64,000 bases of DNA from an uncultured Gammaproteobacteria bacterium (GCA_964633905.1 CAZWIT010000002.1:63209-127208), one strand, 5' to 3'. Numbered from the stretch's first letter, positions 51,782 through 61,107 are shown. Notes: a model not told the origin generated them from the letters alone. Translations and numbers: made by a program.

Positions 51782-53233
51782 ATGACTAAAAGCAAATTTG
51801 GTTTGCTGCTTAGCTGTATTTTTTTAAGCGCGAATTTACTAAGTATTTTATATTTAGTTAATATTAAGCTAAATTGGTTTTATTTTTATGTAGCTTTAGT
51901 GGCTATTTTTATTTTGTCTTTTAAATGGCGTTACTTCTGTTTAGGGCTAGTATTTTTATTAGCAGTCATCAGAGTTTATGATTTTAAACAAACAGAAAGA
52001 TATGTGCAGGCTAATTTTATTTATGGAAATAGCTATCAATTTAGAGGTGAAATAGTTGATTTAGATCAAAAAATAAATGGCTGGCAGTTAGTTGTTAAAG
52101 CAAATGATTTAGAAAATTTTAAAGGCAAGATTTTAGTTTACGCTCCCTTGTATCCGGAGTATTCTTTATTTGATAATCTAGAGCTTAGTTGCAAACTATT
52201 TAAGCCAGAGCCTTTTACTAGTGAACTTACGGGCAGGGATTTTGCTTATGATAAATATTTAGCAAAAGATAATATTTTTGCTATTTGTCCACAGCCGAAA
52301 TTAAAAAAACTTAATACTAGTAATATTTGGTGGCAGCAAGTATCTAAAAGTAAACAGCATTTTTTAAATAATTTGAACATTGCTTTGCCCGAGCCGGCGG
52401 CTGCTTTTACTAAAGCAATTATCTTAGATTCGCGGCGAGAGTTGCCAACTGAAATTAATCCTAGCTTTAGCCATACAGGCCTTACACACGTCATTTCTAT
52501 TTCTGGTTTGCACATGGTGGTAATAATTTGGTTTTGGCAAACTTTTTTGCAACTACTTGGTTTAAAGCGCCAACACATCTTTTGGGTTTTAGTTTTGAGT
52601 TTATTTCTTTATTTATATTTATTAAATTTTATTAGCCCAGCCTTACGCTCAACTGCTATGATTTTGCTAGTGTTACTAGGACCTCTAATAGGACGGCCAG
52701 CAATATCAGGCTATAGTTTATTATTTTTAGCAGATATTTTAGTTTTACTTAATCCTTATATTTTAGCTTATGATTTAGGCTTTCAATTGTCTTTTTCAGC
52801 AACCCTAGGTTTAATATTTTATACAAATTGGTGGCAAGCAAAGTTAGCAAAAGTTAGCAATTTTTTAAAGATTAGAGAAGTGCTAGCCGTGACTCTGGCA
52901 GCTCAAACTTTTACTTGGCCACTAGTTATGTATTATTTTGGCATTTTTTCTATAGTAGCGCCTGTAGCTAATTTTTTAGTTTTACCAATATTCCCGCCAA
53001 TTTTAATTTTAGGAATTTTAATGGCGATTTTTGGGGGTAGCTTAGCTTATATTTTAAGTTGGCCCTTGCTTCTTTTAATCAAGATAATGTTTTATTTAGT
53101 GGATTATTTAGGTGGGCTACCCTATGCCTATTTTATACAAACTAATTTTTCTTTAATATTTTTAGTTGTTAGTTTGCTTTTAATGTTTTTGCTTACTATA
53201 ATTATTAAGCCTTATGTCAAACAAACAGATTAA
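51782..53233 (+). CDS. comEC: DNA internalization competence protein ComEC/Rec2, membrane (competence) domain
   Basis: Polytopic; FSHTGLTHVISISGLHM competence-domain motif. Confidence 0.85.
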   Translation: MTKSKFGLLLSCIFLSANLLSILYLVNIKLNWFYFYVALVAIFILSFKWRYFCLGLVFLLAVIRVYDFKQTERYVQANFIYGNSYQFRGEIVDLDQKINGWQLVVKANDLENFKGKILVYAPLYPEYSLFDNLELSCKLFKPEPFTSELTGRDFAYDKYLAKDNIFAICPQPKLKKLNTSNIWWQQVSKSKQHFLNNLNIALPEPAAAFTKAIILDSRRELPTEINPSFSHTGLTHVISISGLHMVVIIWFWQTFLQLLGLKRQHIFWVLVLSLFLYLYLLNFISPALRSTAMILLVLLGPLIGRPAISGYSLLFLADILVLLNPYILAYDLGFQLSFSATLGLIFYTNWWQAKLAKVSNFLKIREVLAVTLAAQTFTWPLVMYYFGIFSIVAPVANFLVLPIFPPILILGILMAIFGGSLAYILSWPLLLLIKIMFYLVDYLGGLPYAYFIQTNFSLIFLVVSLLLMFLLTIIIKPYVKQTD

Positions 53234-54053
53234 AATTTATTTGAGTCTAGCACTTTTGCTCTTAAGTTATTTATGGTGGCAGTTAGGCGATCAGGCAAAA
53301 TATTTACAGGTAAATTTTTTGGATGTTGGTCAAGGAGATGCTACTTTGATTACAGCTCCTAGTGGCGAAGTGATATTAGTTGATGGCGGTCCGAATAATA
53401 AACTACTTTCTCAAATTTCAAAATTTTTACCCTGGTGGGAACGAAGCATTGATTATGTAGTTATTTCTCATTGGGATGATGATCATTATATCGGCTTGAT
53501 TCAGGTTCTAAAAAAGTATGAAGTAAAAAATATTTTAGTTTCTTATTTGCCAGATATAGCGAGTCCTGCTTATCGGGCTTGGCAAGAGGCTTTAGCAAAA
53601 GAAGGTATTAGCCCCAAAATATTAAAAGCAGGGGAAACTTGGCAGTGTGCAAATAATCTATCTTGGCAAGTAGTATCAGCTAGTGATGATAAAAATTTAG
53701 AAGATAATGATAAATCTTTAGTTTTACGTTTAAGTTATGGACAAACAGATTTTCTGTTAACTGGTGATTTGCCAACTGAACAAGAAGAGTTGTTATTAAA
53801 AAAGAATATAAATTTAGAGAGTGAAGTTTTAAAAGTCGGCCATCATGGTAGTAAATATTCTTCTGACCAGGAATTTTTGAGTGTGGTTGAGCCTAAGGCT
53901 TGTATTATTTCAGCAAGTCAGGATAATAAATTTGGCCACCCGCATTCAGAAACTTTAGAGCGCCTAGCTAAGATAAAATGTAATATTTACGAAACTAGTA
54001 AACTAGGCAACATTAGTATTTTGAGCAATGGTCAGGATTGGTGGTTAAAATAA
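53214..54053 (+). CDS. ComEC C-terminal metallo-beta-lactamase domain encoded as separate, 20-nt overlapping gene with its own TM anchor
   Basis: LDVGQGDATLI ... HWDDDHYIGL ... VGHHGSKYSS (MBL His/Asp motifs). Confidence 0.85.
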   Translation: MSNKQIKIYLSLALLLLSYLWWQLGDQAKYLQVNFLDVGQGDATLITAPSGEVILVDGGPNNKLLSQISKFLPWWERSIDYVVISHWDDDHYIGLIQVLKKYEVKNILVSYLPDIASPAYRAWQEALAKEGISPKILKAGETWQCANNLSWQVVSASDDKNLEDNDKSLVLRLSYGQTDFLLTGDLPTEQEELLLKKNINLESEVLKVGHHGSKYSSDQEFLSVVEPKACIISASQDNKFGHPHSETLERLAKIKCNIYETSKLGNISILSNGQDWWLK

Positions 54054-54119
54054 CTGTTTTAAGCTTGTGGATAACTTTACTGCTTATTAGTATGATTAAG
54101 TAAACCATTTTTTATTTTC

Positions 54120-54148
54120 TTGCCATTTTTTTGGCTTTATTCTATAAT
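54120..54148 (+). promoter_or_regulatory. sigma70-like promoter TTGCCA-17-TATAAT
   Basis: Read directly upstream of the receiver gene. Confidence 0.45.
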
Positions 54149-54179
54149 AAAGGCAGTAAAAATATTAATTTTTTTAATT

Positions 54180-54569
54180 ATGGCAGACGCACAATTTAAA
54201 ATACTTTTGATCGAAGATGAGGAAATGTTGGCTAATATGTATGAGGTCAAGTTTAAGAACGAGGGCTATGATTTAATAAAGGCTTTAGATGGCTCCCAAG
54301 GCTTGGAGCTTGCTAAAACTATTAAACCAAACTTTATTCTTTTGGACATTATCATGCCCAAGATGGATGGTTTTTCAGTGCTCAAATCTTTAAAAGAAGA
54401 TCCTACTACCAAAGATATACCTGTAATGTTGCTTACCAACTTAGGTCAAGACGAAGACGTTAAGCGCGGCAACGAGCTAGGAGCAGTTGGCTATTTGGTC
54501 AAGGCAAATATTACACCTTCGGAAGTTGTGACTGCTGTTAAAAAAGCAGTTGATAATTTGAAAAAATAA
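54180..54569 (+). CDS. stand-alone response-regulator receiver (CheY-like) protein
   Basis: KILLIEDEE ... LLDIIMPKMDG ... phospho-acceptor context; ATG at 54180 preferred over track start. Confidence 0.85.
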   Translation: MADAQFKILLIEDEEMLANMYEVKFKNEGYDLIKALDGSQGLELAKTIKPNFILLDIIMPKMDGFSVLKSLKEDPTTKDIPVMLLTNLGQDEDVKRGNELGAVGYLVKANITPSEVVTAVKKAVDNLKK

Positions 54570-54651
54570 TTTAAGTAAATAATTTGTTTTTAAATTTACC
54601 CTAGCTTATTTTTAAGAGCAGGGTAATTTAATCTAAGTTAAATTAAATTTT

Positions 54652-55164
54652 ATGCAACAACACATTGAAAGAACATTAGTACTACTCAAGCCGGATGCTA
54701 TTAATCGTGGTTTGATTGGCGAAATATTGCATCGTTTTGAGCGTACTGGTTTAAAAATTATTGGTTTGAAAATGGTTTGGTCAGATCAAGATACAGCTGC
54801 CAAACATTACACTGAAGATTTGGCTAAAAGACGCGGAGAAAAAGTAAGGGATCTGATGATTAATATGATTACCTCTGGTCCAATTGTTGCTATTGCTATT
54901 GAAGGCGTTGAAGCTGTTGAGGTAGTACGTAAAATGGTTGGTGATACTGAGCCCAAAAAAGCAGCCCCTGGAACTATTCGTGGGGATTATGCGCATGTGT
55001 CTTATGGTTATGCTGATAAAAATGAAATTGCCGTGTTTAATTTAATTCATGCTTCTTCTAATGCTGAAGAAGGTGTTCAAGAAATAAATGTCTGGTTTAA
55101 CGATTTTGAGCTCCAAGATTTTCGTCCCGATTATATTAAACATACTATTGCTCGTAAAGAGTAA
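54652..55164 (+). CDS. ndk: nucleoside diphosphate kinase
   Basis: NDK fold; active-site His in NLIHASSN; ~25-aa insertion. Confidence 0.85.
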   Translation: MQQHIERTLVLLKPDAINRGLIGEILHRFERTGLKIIGLKMVWSDQDTAAKHYTEDLAKRRGEKVRDLMINMITSGPIVAIAIEGVEAVEVVRKMVGDTEPKKAAPGTIRGDYAHVSYGYADKNEIAVFNLIHASSNAEEGVQEINVWFNDFELQDFRPDYIKHTIARKE

Positions 55165-55177
55165 AATAATAATTTTA

Positions 55178-55210
55178 ATCCAGCTCCTTAGCTAAGGAGC
55201 TGGATTTTTA
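55178..55210 (+). terminator. Rho-independent terminator (ATCCAGCTCCTTAGC taa GGAGCTGGAT + T-run)
   Basis: Long perfect stem. Confidence 0.8.
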
Positions 55211-55259
55211 TACGGCTTCAATATTTTATGCAAAAAAAGGCATTATACGGTGGAGCTTA

Positions 55260-55550
55260 ATTGAAATTTGTTAGTCATTTTAGAATATGCTATACTCAAA
55301 ATAGGCTAGAGTTTTTTGGATAATATTTATAACTCTACAAACTAACTCCTTGGGAGACTAATATCAGTTTAGAGCCGTGGCTTTAACTTGCGGTCACCCA
55401 CCTTTTTAAAGGAGTTAATTATTATCTAAATACTAGCCGCAGTCGTCACTAAAGTAGGACACTAATTATTAATACGTGCACTATGTCAGATGACTTAGCA
55501 AAAGGCGTCTAGCCTGTAGTAAGATACGGCCAAGACGTCTTTTGTTTTTT
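55260..55550 (+). ncRNA. candidate structured ncRNA (unknown class) with upstream promoter-like TTGAAA box and 3' intrinsic terminator (GGCGTCT ... AGACGTC + T-run)
   Basis: No ORF; several internal palindromes (GTCAGATGAC; AACTCC...GGAGTT); terminator at ~55503-55550. Confidence 0.35.
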
Positions 55551-55609
55551 ACTAAATTTGTTTTTTTAGATATAATATAAGTATTGATTATTTAAAGATG
55601 TATAATTTT

Positions 55610-55753
55610 ATGGTAAAAGAAGAAGCGGAAAAATTAATTGAAAAAGCTAAAAAAGAAGAATTAAATCCCGAAGAAAAATTGGTCTTACTTAAGTATATAA
55701 ATAGTTTAGTCGGTGATTTAAAACAAGATATTGATAATTTAAATAATAATTAA
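55610..55753 (+). CDS. small hypothetical protein (47 aa, charged helical), below ORF-track threshold
   Basis: ATG...TAA ORF MVKEEAEKLIEKAKKEELNPEEKLVLLKYINSLVGDLKQDIDNLNNN; no clear SD. Confidence 0.3.
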   Translation: MVKEEAEKLIEKAKKEELNPEEKLVLLKYINSLVGDLKQDIDNLNNN

Positions 55754-55757
55754 AAAT

Positions 55758-56174
55758 ATGATGGGTGAAAACATGTGGCCTGATTCAAATACAGGAGAAA
55801 AACCAATGGTGGAACAAGAACAAAAGCTCGAAGGGGAAATTGATAATCAATTTCAGGAGCTTACTGCTGGTTTAGATAGTGTGCAGGCATCTTTGGAAAA
55901 TTTAGATCAAGATAATAATACTCCAGAACGCACTCAGGCTCTTAAAAAAATTTGGGAAGGATATAAGAAAATTGAAAGTACCGTTAATATACTTTTAATG
56001 ATGTATGGGAGTACTACCATTGGTTCTAGTGTTCATAAAATATTTACTCACCCAGGGGATAATGAGGGCAATATAGCATCATTGATCACTGGTGTAGCAG
56101 CTTTATCAGTAGCTGTAGCTGGGTTTATTCGTGAAGAAAAAAACCATAAAGCTAAATTAGAAGGCAATGCTTAG
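55758..56174 (+). CDS. hypothetical protein with C-terminal TM helix
   Basis: ORF with acidic N-terminus and hydrophobic GNIASLITGVAALSVAVAGFI. Confidence 0.55.
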   Translation: MMGENMWPDSNTGEKPMVEQEQKLEGEIDNQFQELTAGLDSVQASLENLDQDNNTPERTQALKKIWEGYKKIESTVNILLMMYGSTTIGSSVHKIFTHPGDNEGNIASLITGVAALSVAVAGFIREEKNHKAKLEGNA

Positions 56175-56194
56175 AACTTATTTTTTTTAAAATA

Positions 56195-56325
56195 AAAAAC
56201 CCCCATTATTTTTTATTATTGTCATCCTGAATTTATTTCAGGATCTCCAATTGTAGAGTGCTACTTGGAGATGCAGAAACAAGTTCGGCATGACAGCTTT
56301 AGGAGTTAGGGGGTTTTAGATTTAG
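56195..56325. other. ~130-nt compound stem-loop (outer AAAACCCCC/GGGGGTTTT, inner TGTCAT/ATGACA, two apical hairpins) between convergent genes; bidirectional terminator or small structured RNA
   Basis: Nested inverted repeats read directly; T-run on the minus-strand side after rpmB. Confidence 0.45.
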
Positions 56326-56326
56326 T

Positions 56327-56509
56327 TTATTTAGTTTGACGTAGTTTGTTTATAGTTCTTAAACAAGAAGTACAAATACTAACACGACGATTGCCGATTT
56401 TTTTGCTTTGTAAGTTAATATTCATGCGGCGACGATTAGCAATTTTAGAATGACTGCGGCTGTTGCCAATAATTGCTGAACGTGTGCAGATTTCACAGAC
56501 TTTGGCCAT
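56327..56509 (-). CDS. rpmB: 50S ribosomal protein L28
   Basis: MAKVCEIC ... CTSCLR zinc-ribbon L28 pattern. Confidence 0.9.
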   Translation of the reverse strand: MAKVCEICTRSAIIGNSRSHSKIANRRRMNINLQSKKIGNRRVSICTSCLRTINKLRQTK

Positions 56510-56593
56510 ATTTTTACTTTATCTAATAATTAAGCTATAATATTGATTAACGTTAACAGATATTAACATAAAAATTAATTTTTGTAAAGATAT

Positions 56594-57223
56594 ATGCTTT
56601 TTACTGCTTTAGGAACCAATTCTTTAGCTTTTGTGGCTATGATCATGGCCTTAGTTTATGCAATCACTATTCATGAATTTAGTCATGCTTTAGTTGCTAC
56701 TTGGCAGGGTGATCCCACGGCTCGTTATCAGGGGCGATTAAGTTTAAATCCTTTGGCACATTTGGATTTACTAGGCAGTATTATGTTGCTACTAGCTGGT
56801 TTTGGTTGGGGCAAGCCAGTGCCAGTAAATCCTTATAATATGCGTTGGCAGCGCTGGGGGGAAGCGGCGGTTTCCATAGCTGGGCCAGTTAGTAATTTTA
56901 TTAGCGTTATTTTATTTATTTTAATTTTAAAATTAACTAGCCCTTATTTATTACCGACTAATTTATTATCAATTTTTCTGATCTCTTTAATCTTAACCAA
57001 TTTAATTTTAGGTGTTTTTAATCTTATTCCTTTGCCGCCGCTTGATGGCTCTAAAATATTATTTGCGGCTTTGCCAGCTGGTTTTGAGAAATTAAAACAA
57101 CAGTTAACAATTAATGGCCCCTGGATACTGTTGGCTTTAATTATGATTGATAATTTTTCGACAATTAATATTTTTGGTAAAATTTTTGAATTTTTTATTA
57201 ATTTTATTTCTAGATTTTTATAG
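56594..57223 (+). CDS. site-2-protease family (M50) membrane zinc metalloprotease
   Basis: HEFSHALVA (HExxH in TM) and NLIPLPPLDG motif. Confidence 0.75.
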   Translation: MLFTALGTNSLAFVAMIMALVYAITIHEFSHALVATWQGDPTARYQGRLSLNPLAHLDLLGSIMLLLAGFGWGKPVPVNPYNMRWQRWGEAAVSIAGPVSNFISVILFILILKLTSPYLLPTNLLSIFLISLILTNLILGVFNLIPLPPLDGSKILFAALPAGFEKLKQQLTINGPWILLALIMIDNFSTINIFGKIFEFFINFISRFL

Positions 57224-57240
57224 CTATAATTGTTTTTATA

Positions 57241-57269
57241 TTGACAATATTGTTTATTTATAGTATTGT
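57241..57269 (+). promoter_or_regulatory. sigma70-like promoter TTGACA-17-TATTGT
   Basis: Read directly, ~60 nt upstream of the small GC-rich gene. Confidence 0.45.
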
Positions 57270-57327
57270 TCAAATCCGTTCTTTTTTCCCCTGTCAATAT
57301 AAACATTGTCTCAAGGAGGAGGGTTAG

Positions 57328-57525
57328 ATGAAGGCTTTGCTAAAAAGGGCCGGCATTTTGCTGGCTGCGAAGCGCGAAGAAATCGGGCGTAAGCGTCGTA
57401 TCAGAGAATTGCGGCAAGAGAGTGAACTTATTTTCCAGGAAGCTATGGGTAGAGTTATCTGCCAAAAGCCTAATGGCGGTACGCTTGCCAAAGAAGCGGC
57501 TGACGACGAAGTCTATTCTGTCTAG
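57328..57525 (+). CDS. small basic protein (65 aa) in a GC-rich (~48%) island, strong SD AAGGAGGAG
   Basis: ORF with canonical RBS spacing, own promoter and own terminator; composition atypical for this genome. Confidence 0.55.
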   Translation: MKALLKRAGILLAAKREEIGRKRRIRELRQESELIFQEAMGRVICQKPNGGTLAKEAADDEVYSV

Positions 57526-57532
57526 CTAATAT

Positions 57533-57571
57533 TACCCAATCCTGCTACTAGCAGGTGAGGGTATTTTTTTA
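57533..57571 (+). terminator. Rho-independent terminator (TACCC aat CCTGC tacta GCAGG tga GGGTA + T7)
   Basis: Hairpin plus TTTTTTT. Confidence 0.75.
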
Positions 57572-57587
57572 TTGCCTAATTTAGGCC

Positions 57588-57616
57588 TTGACAAGTTTTA
57601 ATATTTTTGTTAGAGT
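57588..57616 (+). promoter_or_regulatory. sigma70-like promoter TTGACA-17-TAGAGT driving the GC-rich RNA element
   Basis: Read directly. Confidence 0.45.
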
Positions 57617-57639
57617 GCTTTTTGTCTATATTTTCGTAC

Positions 57640-57905
57640 CTCCAATATTAATGGAAAAACGGAGACAAGCGCCCTGTCATGTTGGTTATGAAAACGTATT
57701 GGCCACCGCGGGGCCTGCGTTTTTGGTCGGTGTGCATCACCTGGCCTAACCCAATTGGGTAGTTCTCCGTTTAGAGGAGATTGAGATAGCGCGCCTGCAA
57801 AACAGGTGAGCCTCGCGTCCGATGGGAACTACGCCCACGATAGTCGCGAGCCGCAGTCTCGCTCCTCGAGGGGTTCGTGCTCGTCCGCGGACCCCTTTTT
57901 TATTT
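57640..57905 (+). ncRNA. GC-rich (~58%) highly structured RNA element (~270 nt) ending in an intrinsic terminator, upstream of rpsL; class unknown (ncRNA or attenuating leader)
   Basis: Multiple helices (CGGAGA...TCTCCG long-range; GCGAG ccgcagt CTCGC; ACCCAATTGGGT; terminator GGGGTTCG...CGCGGACCCC + T6). Confidence 0.45.
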
Positions 57906-58009
57906 GTTTGGGCTTGACTTAGCTTTTTTTTTGTGCTATTTTATTGAAGCATTTTATAGCCCCTCGGGGCGATAATTATTTTTATAAAAACAATTTATTT
58001 TGAATTTTA

Positions 58010-58438
58010 ATGCCTACAATTCACCAATTATTGAAAAAACCAAGACACACTCCTAAAGCTAAGAGTAAATCTCCAGCTTTAACTTCAGTTTTAAATACTT
58101 TACGTCGTTCCAAAAGAGATTTGCCCAAAGGCAGTCCCTTTAAACGGGGAGTTTGTGTAAAAGTAACTACTACTACTCCTAAAAAACCAAACTCAGCTTT
58201 GCGTAAGATTGCCAGAGTTCGTCTTTCAAATGGTATGGAAGTTACTGCTTATATTCCTGGCGAAGGTCATAATCTACAAGAACATAGCATTGTAATGATT
58301 AGAGGTGGCAGGGTAAAAGATTTACCTGGTGTGCGTTATCATATTGTTAGAGGTGTCTATGATACTCAAGGTGTATCTGGTCGTAAACAAGGCCGTTCTC
58401 TTTACGGTGCTAAAAAAGAAAAAGCAGCTAAAAAATAA
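58010..58438 (+). CDS. rpsL: 30S ribosomal protein S12
   Basis: [12 protein letters not shown] ... highly conserved. Confidence 0.97.
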   Translation: MPTIHQLLKKPRHTPKAKSKSPALTSVLNTLRRSKRDLPKGSPFKRGVCVKVTTTTPKKPNSALRKIARVRLSNGMEVTAYIPGEGHNLQEHSIVMIRGGRVKDLPGVRYHIVRGVYDTQGVSGRKQGRSLYGAKKEKAAKK

Positions 58439-58461
58439 TTCATTTATAAGTTTATATCATT

Positions 58462-58926
58462 ATGCGTGGTAAAGCAGTTTCTAAAAGAGTAATCTCACCT
58501 GATCCAAAATTTCAAAGGGTTGATATTGCCAAATTAATTAACAAAATAATGCGTCGTGGCAAAAAAACTATAGCGCAAAAAATTGTTTATAGTGCTTTTG
58601 AATATATTTCTAATAAGACCAAACAGGATCCAATTGAAATTTATGATACAGCTATGCGCAATGTTGCTCCTAATTTAGAAGTAAAAGGTAAGCGTATTGG
58701 TGGTGCTAACTATCAAGTACCAATGGTAGTAACCGGAGATCGTAAAATGGTTTTGACTCATCGTTGGATTATTATGGCCGCCAGTCATCGTAAAGGTATG
58801 GCTATGCACAAAGCTTTGGGCGAAGAATTAATCGCTGCTTCTAAAAATGAAGGTGAAGCTATCAAAAAACGTGAAGACGTTCAACGTATGGCTGAAGCTA
58901 ATCGTGCTTTTGCTCACTTTGCTTAA
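58462..58926 (+). CDS. rpsG: 30S ribosomal protein S7
   Basis: Conserved S7 sequence. Confidence 0.97.
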   Translation: MRGKAVSKRVISPDPKFQRVDIAKLINKIMRRGKKTIAQKIVYSAFEYISNKTKQDPIEIYDTAMRNVAPNLEVKGKRIGGANYQVPMVVTGDRKMVLTHRWIIMAASHRKGMAMHKALGEELIAASKNEGEAIKKREDVQRMAEANRAFAHFA

Positions 58927-58993
58927 AATTTAATTAGTTTTTAAAAATTCCCGCTTGAAAATCAAGCGGGATATATAGTTATAAAAAATTTTT

Positions 58994-61096
58994 ATGCCTA
59001 GAACACATTCTTTAGAAAAAGTCAGAAATATTGGCATTATTGCCCACATCGACGCTGGTAAAACTACGGTTTCCGAGCGCATCCTTTTTTATACTGGTAA
59101 AAAACATAAAATTGGTGAAGTGCACGAAGGGGCTGCCGAAATGGATTGGATGGAACAAGAAAAAGAACGTGGCATTACTATCACTTCGGCTGCTACTACT
59201 TGTTTTTGGGCATTGCCTGATTGGCTAGGTGGTGATAAGGCTAATATCAATATTATTGATACCCCAGGTCACGTAGATTTTACTGTAGAAGTAGAAAGAT
59301 CCTTACGTGTTCTTGATGGTGGTGTGGTAGTATTTGATGGTGTGGCTGGTGTAGAGCCACAGTCTGAAACTGTTTGGCGCCAAGCTGATAAATATAATGT
59401 ACCTCGCATTGCTTTTGTAAACAAAATGGATCGCATGGGTGCTAATTTTTATTATGACCTAGATACTATTCATGAACGTTTAGTCAAACATGCCTTACCA
59501 ATGCAGTTGCCAATCGGTGCGGCTGAAACTTTTGAAGGTATTATCAATCTCTTAGAAAGAGAAGCTTGGTATTATTTAGATGAAGATGGTAAGAATTTTG
59601 AAAAACGTGAAGTGCCAGCTGATATGAAAGATAAGGTAGAAGAATATCGTGCCAAGCTTATTGAAGCTATTGTTGAGAATGATGAAAAATTAATGGATCA
59701 ATATCTTTCTGGTAAAGAACCAGAATTAATTGATTTAAAAAAAGCTTTACGTCAAGCTGTTATTAATAATAAGATTGTACCTATTCTTTGTGGTTCAGCT
59801 TTGAAAAATAAAGGCGTCCAGTTTTTATTAGATGCTGTTACTGCTTATTTGCCATCTCCTTTGGATGTACCTGAAATTACTGGCACTGAGCCCAGAAATG
59901 AAGCCAATGTTATTACTGTTAAACCTGAAGATGGTGAGCCATTTACCGCTTTAGCTTTTAAAATTGCTACTGATCCTTATGTGGGACGACTTACTTTTAT
60001 TAGAGTTTACTCTGGTACTTTAAGCTCTGGTTCCTATGTTTTGAATGCTAATAAAGAAAAGAAAGAACGCATTGGTCGTATTTTACGTATGCATGCTAAT
60101 CACAGAGAGGAAGTTTCTGAAATTTTTGCTGGGGACATTGTAGCGGTTGTGGGTTTAAAAGATACAACCACTGGCAATACTCTATCTGATGTTGACAGAG
60201 CGGTTATTTTAGAAAGTATGGATTTCCCAGAGCCAGTTATTCATGTGGCTGTTGAGCCAAAAACCAAAGCTGACCAAGAAAAAATGGGCATGGCTTTGTC
60301 AAAACTAGCTGAAGAAGATCCTACTTTTACAGTTAGATCAGATGAAGAAACTAATCAAACTATTATTGGTGGTATGGGCGAACTACACCTTGATATTATT
60401 GTTGATCGTATGCGTCGCGAATTTGGTGTAGAGGCCAATGTTGGTGCTCCACAAGTAGCTTACAAAGAAACTATCAAAGCTTCAGCTGAGGGTGAGGGTA
60501 AATATATTAAACAATCAGGTGGTCGCGGACAATATGGTCATTGCTGGTTAAGATTAGAGCCATTAGAACGCGGTGCTGGTTTTGAGTTTGTTGATGAGAT
60601 TAAAGGTGGTTTGATCCCTAGAGAATTTATTGCTCCAATTGAAAAGGGTATTAAAGAAACTTTAGATAATGGCGTTTTGGCTGGTTATAAAGTAGAAGAT
60701 GTTAGGGCAGCTGTTTATGATGGCTCTTACCATGACGTTGACTCTTCGGAAGCTGCTTTTAAGATTGCAGGTAGCATGGCTTTTAAGGCTGCCTTTAATA
60801 AAGCTAAGCCAATTATTTTGGAACCAATTATGAAAGTAGAAGTGGTAACTCCAGAACAATATATGGGCGATGTTATTGGCGATATTAACTCCAAACGTGG
60901 TCAGGTAAATGAAATGATAGATAGGGCTAATGCTAAAGTAATTCATGCTTTTGTACCGTTATCAGAAATGTTTGGCTATGCTACTTCTTTACGGTCAATG
61001 ACTCAAGGTAGAGCTAGTTATAGTATGGAATTTTATCAATATCAAGAAGTGCCAACTAATATTGCTGAAGCAATCAAGAAAAAAAATAACGAATAA
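58994..61096 (+). CDS. fusA: elongation factor G
   Basis: [10 protein letters not shown]1 box, 700 aa. Confidence 0.98.
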   Translation: MPRTHSLEKVRNIGIIAHIDAGKTTVSERILFYTGKKHKIGEVHEGAAEMDWMEQEKERGITITSAATTCFWALPDWLGGDKANINIIDTPGHVDFTVEVERSLRVLDGGVVVFDGVAGVEPQSETVWRQADKYNVPRIAFVNKMDRMGANFYYDLDTIHERLVKHALPMQLPIGAAETFEGIINLLEREAWYYLDEDGKNFEKREVPADMKDKVEEYRAKLIEAIVENDEKLMDQYLSGKEPELIDLKKALRQAVINNKIVPILCGSALKNKGVQFLLDAVTAYLPSPLDVPEITGTEPRNEANVITVKPEDGEPFTALAFKIATDPYVGRLTFIRVYSGTLSSGSYVLNANKEKKERIGRILRMHANHREEVSEIFAGDIVAVVGLKDTTTGNTLSDVDRAVILESMDFPEPVIHVAVEPKTKADQEKMGMALSKLAEEDPTFTVRSDEETNQTIIGGMGELHLDIIVDRMRREFGVEANVGAPQVAYKETIKASAEGEGKYIKQSGGRGQYGHCWLRLEPLERGAGFEFVDEIKGGLIPREFIAPIEKGIKETLDNGVLAGYKVEDVRAAVYDGSYHDVDSSEAAFKIAGSMAFKAAFNKAKPIILEPIMKVEVVTPEQYMGDVIGDINSKRGQVNEMIDRANAKVIHAFVPLSEMFGYATSLRSMTQGRASYSMEFYQYQEVPTNIAEAIKKKNNE

Positions 61097-61107
61097 ATTA
61101 AATTATT

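Noticed and set aside
54120-54179. Hydrophobic N-terminal extension of the response regulator (MPFFWLYSIIKAVKILIFLIM)
   Set aside because: It covers the promoter region TTGCCA-17-TATAAT; MADAQFKILLIEDEE at 54180 is the typical receiver N-terminus
55249-55330. Possible tmRNA 3' end on the minus strand (AGCTCCACC)
   Set aside because: No T-arm (GGTTCGA-like) or acceptor pairing upstream, and a CCG rather than CCA end; the region's terminator is on the plus strand
57640-57905. Assignment of the rpsL-upstream RNA to RNase P, SRP, 6S or tmRNA
   Set aside because: None of the universally conserved motifs (GGAAAGUCCGG / ACAGAA..GGCUUA; GGAAGCAGCC; tRNA-like ends with tag ORF) could be found by eye; left as unknown class
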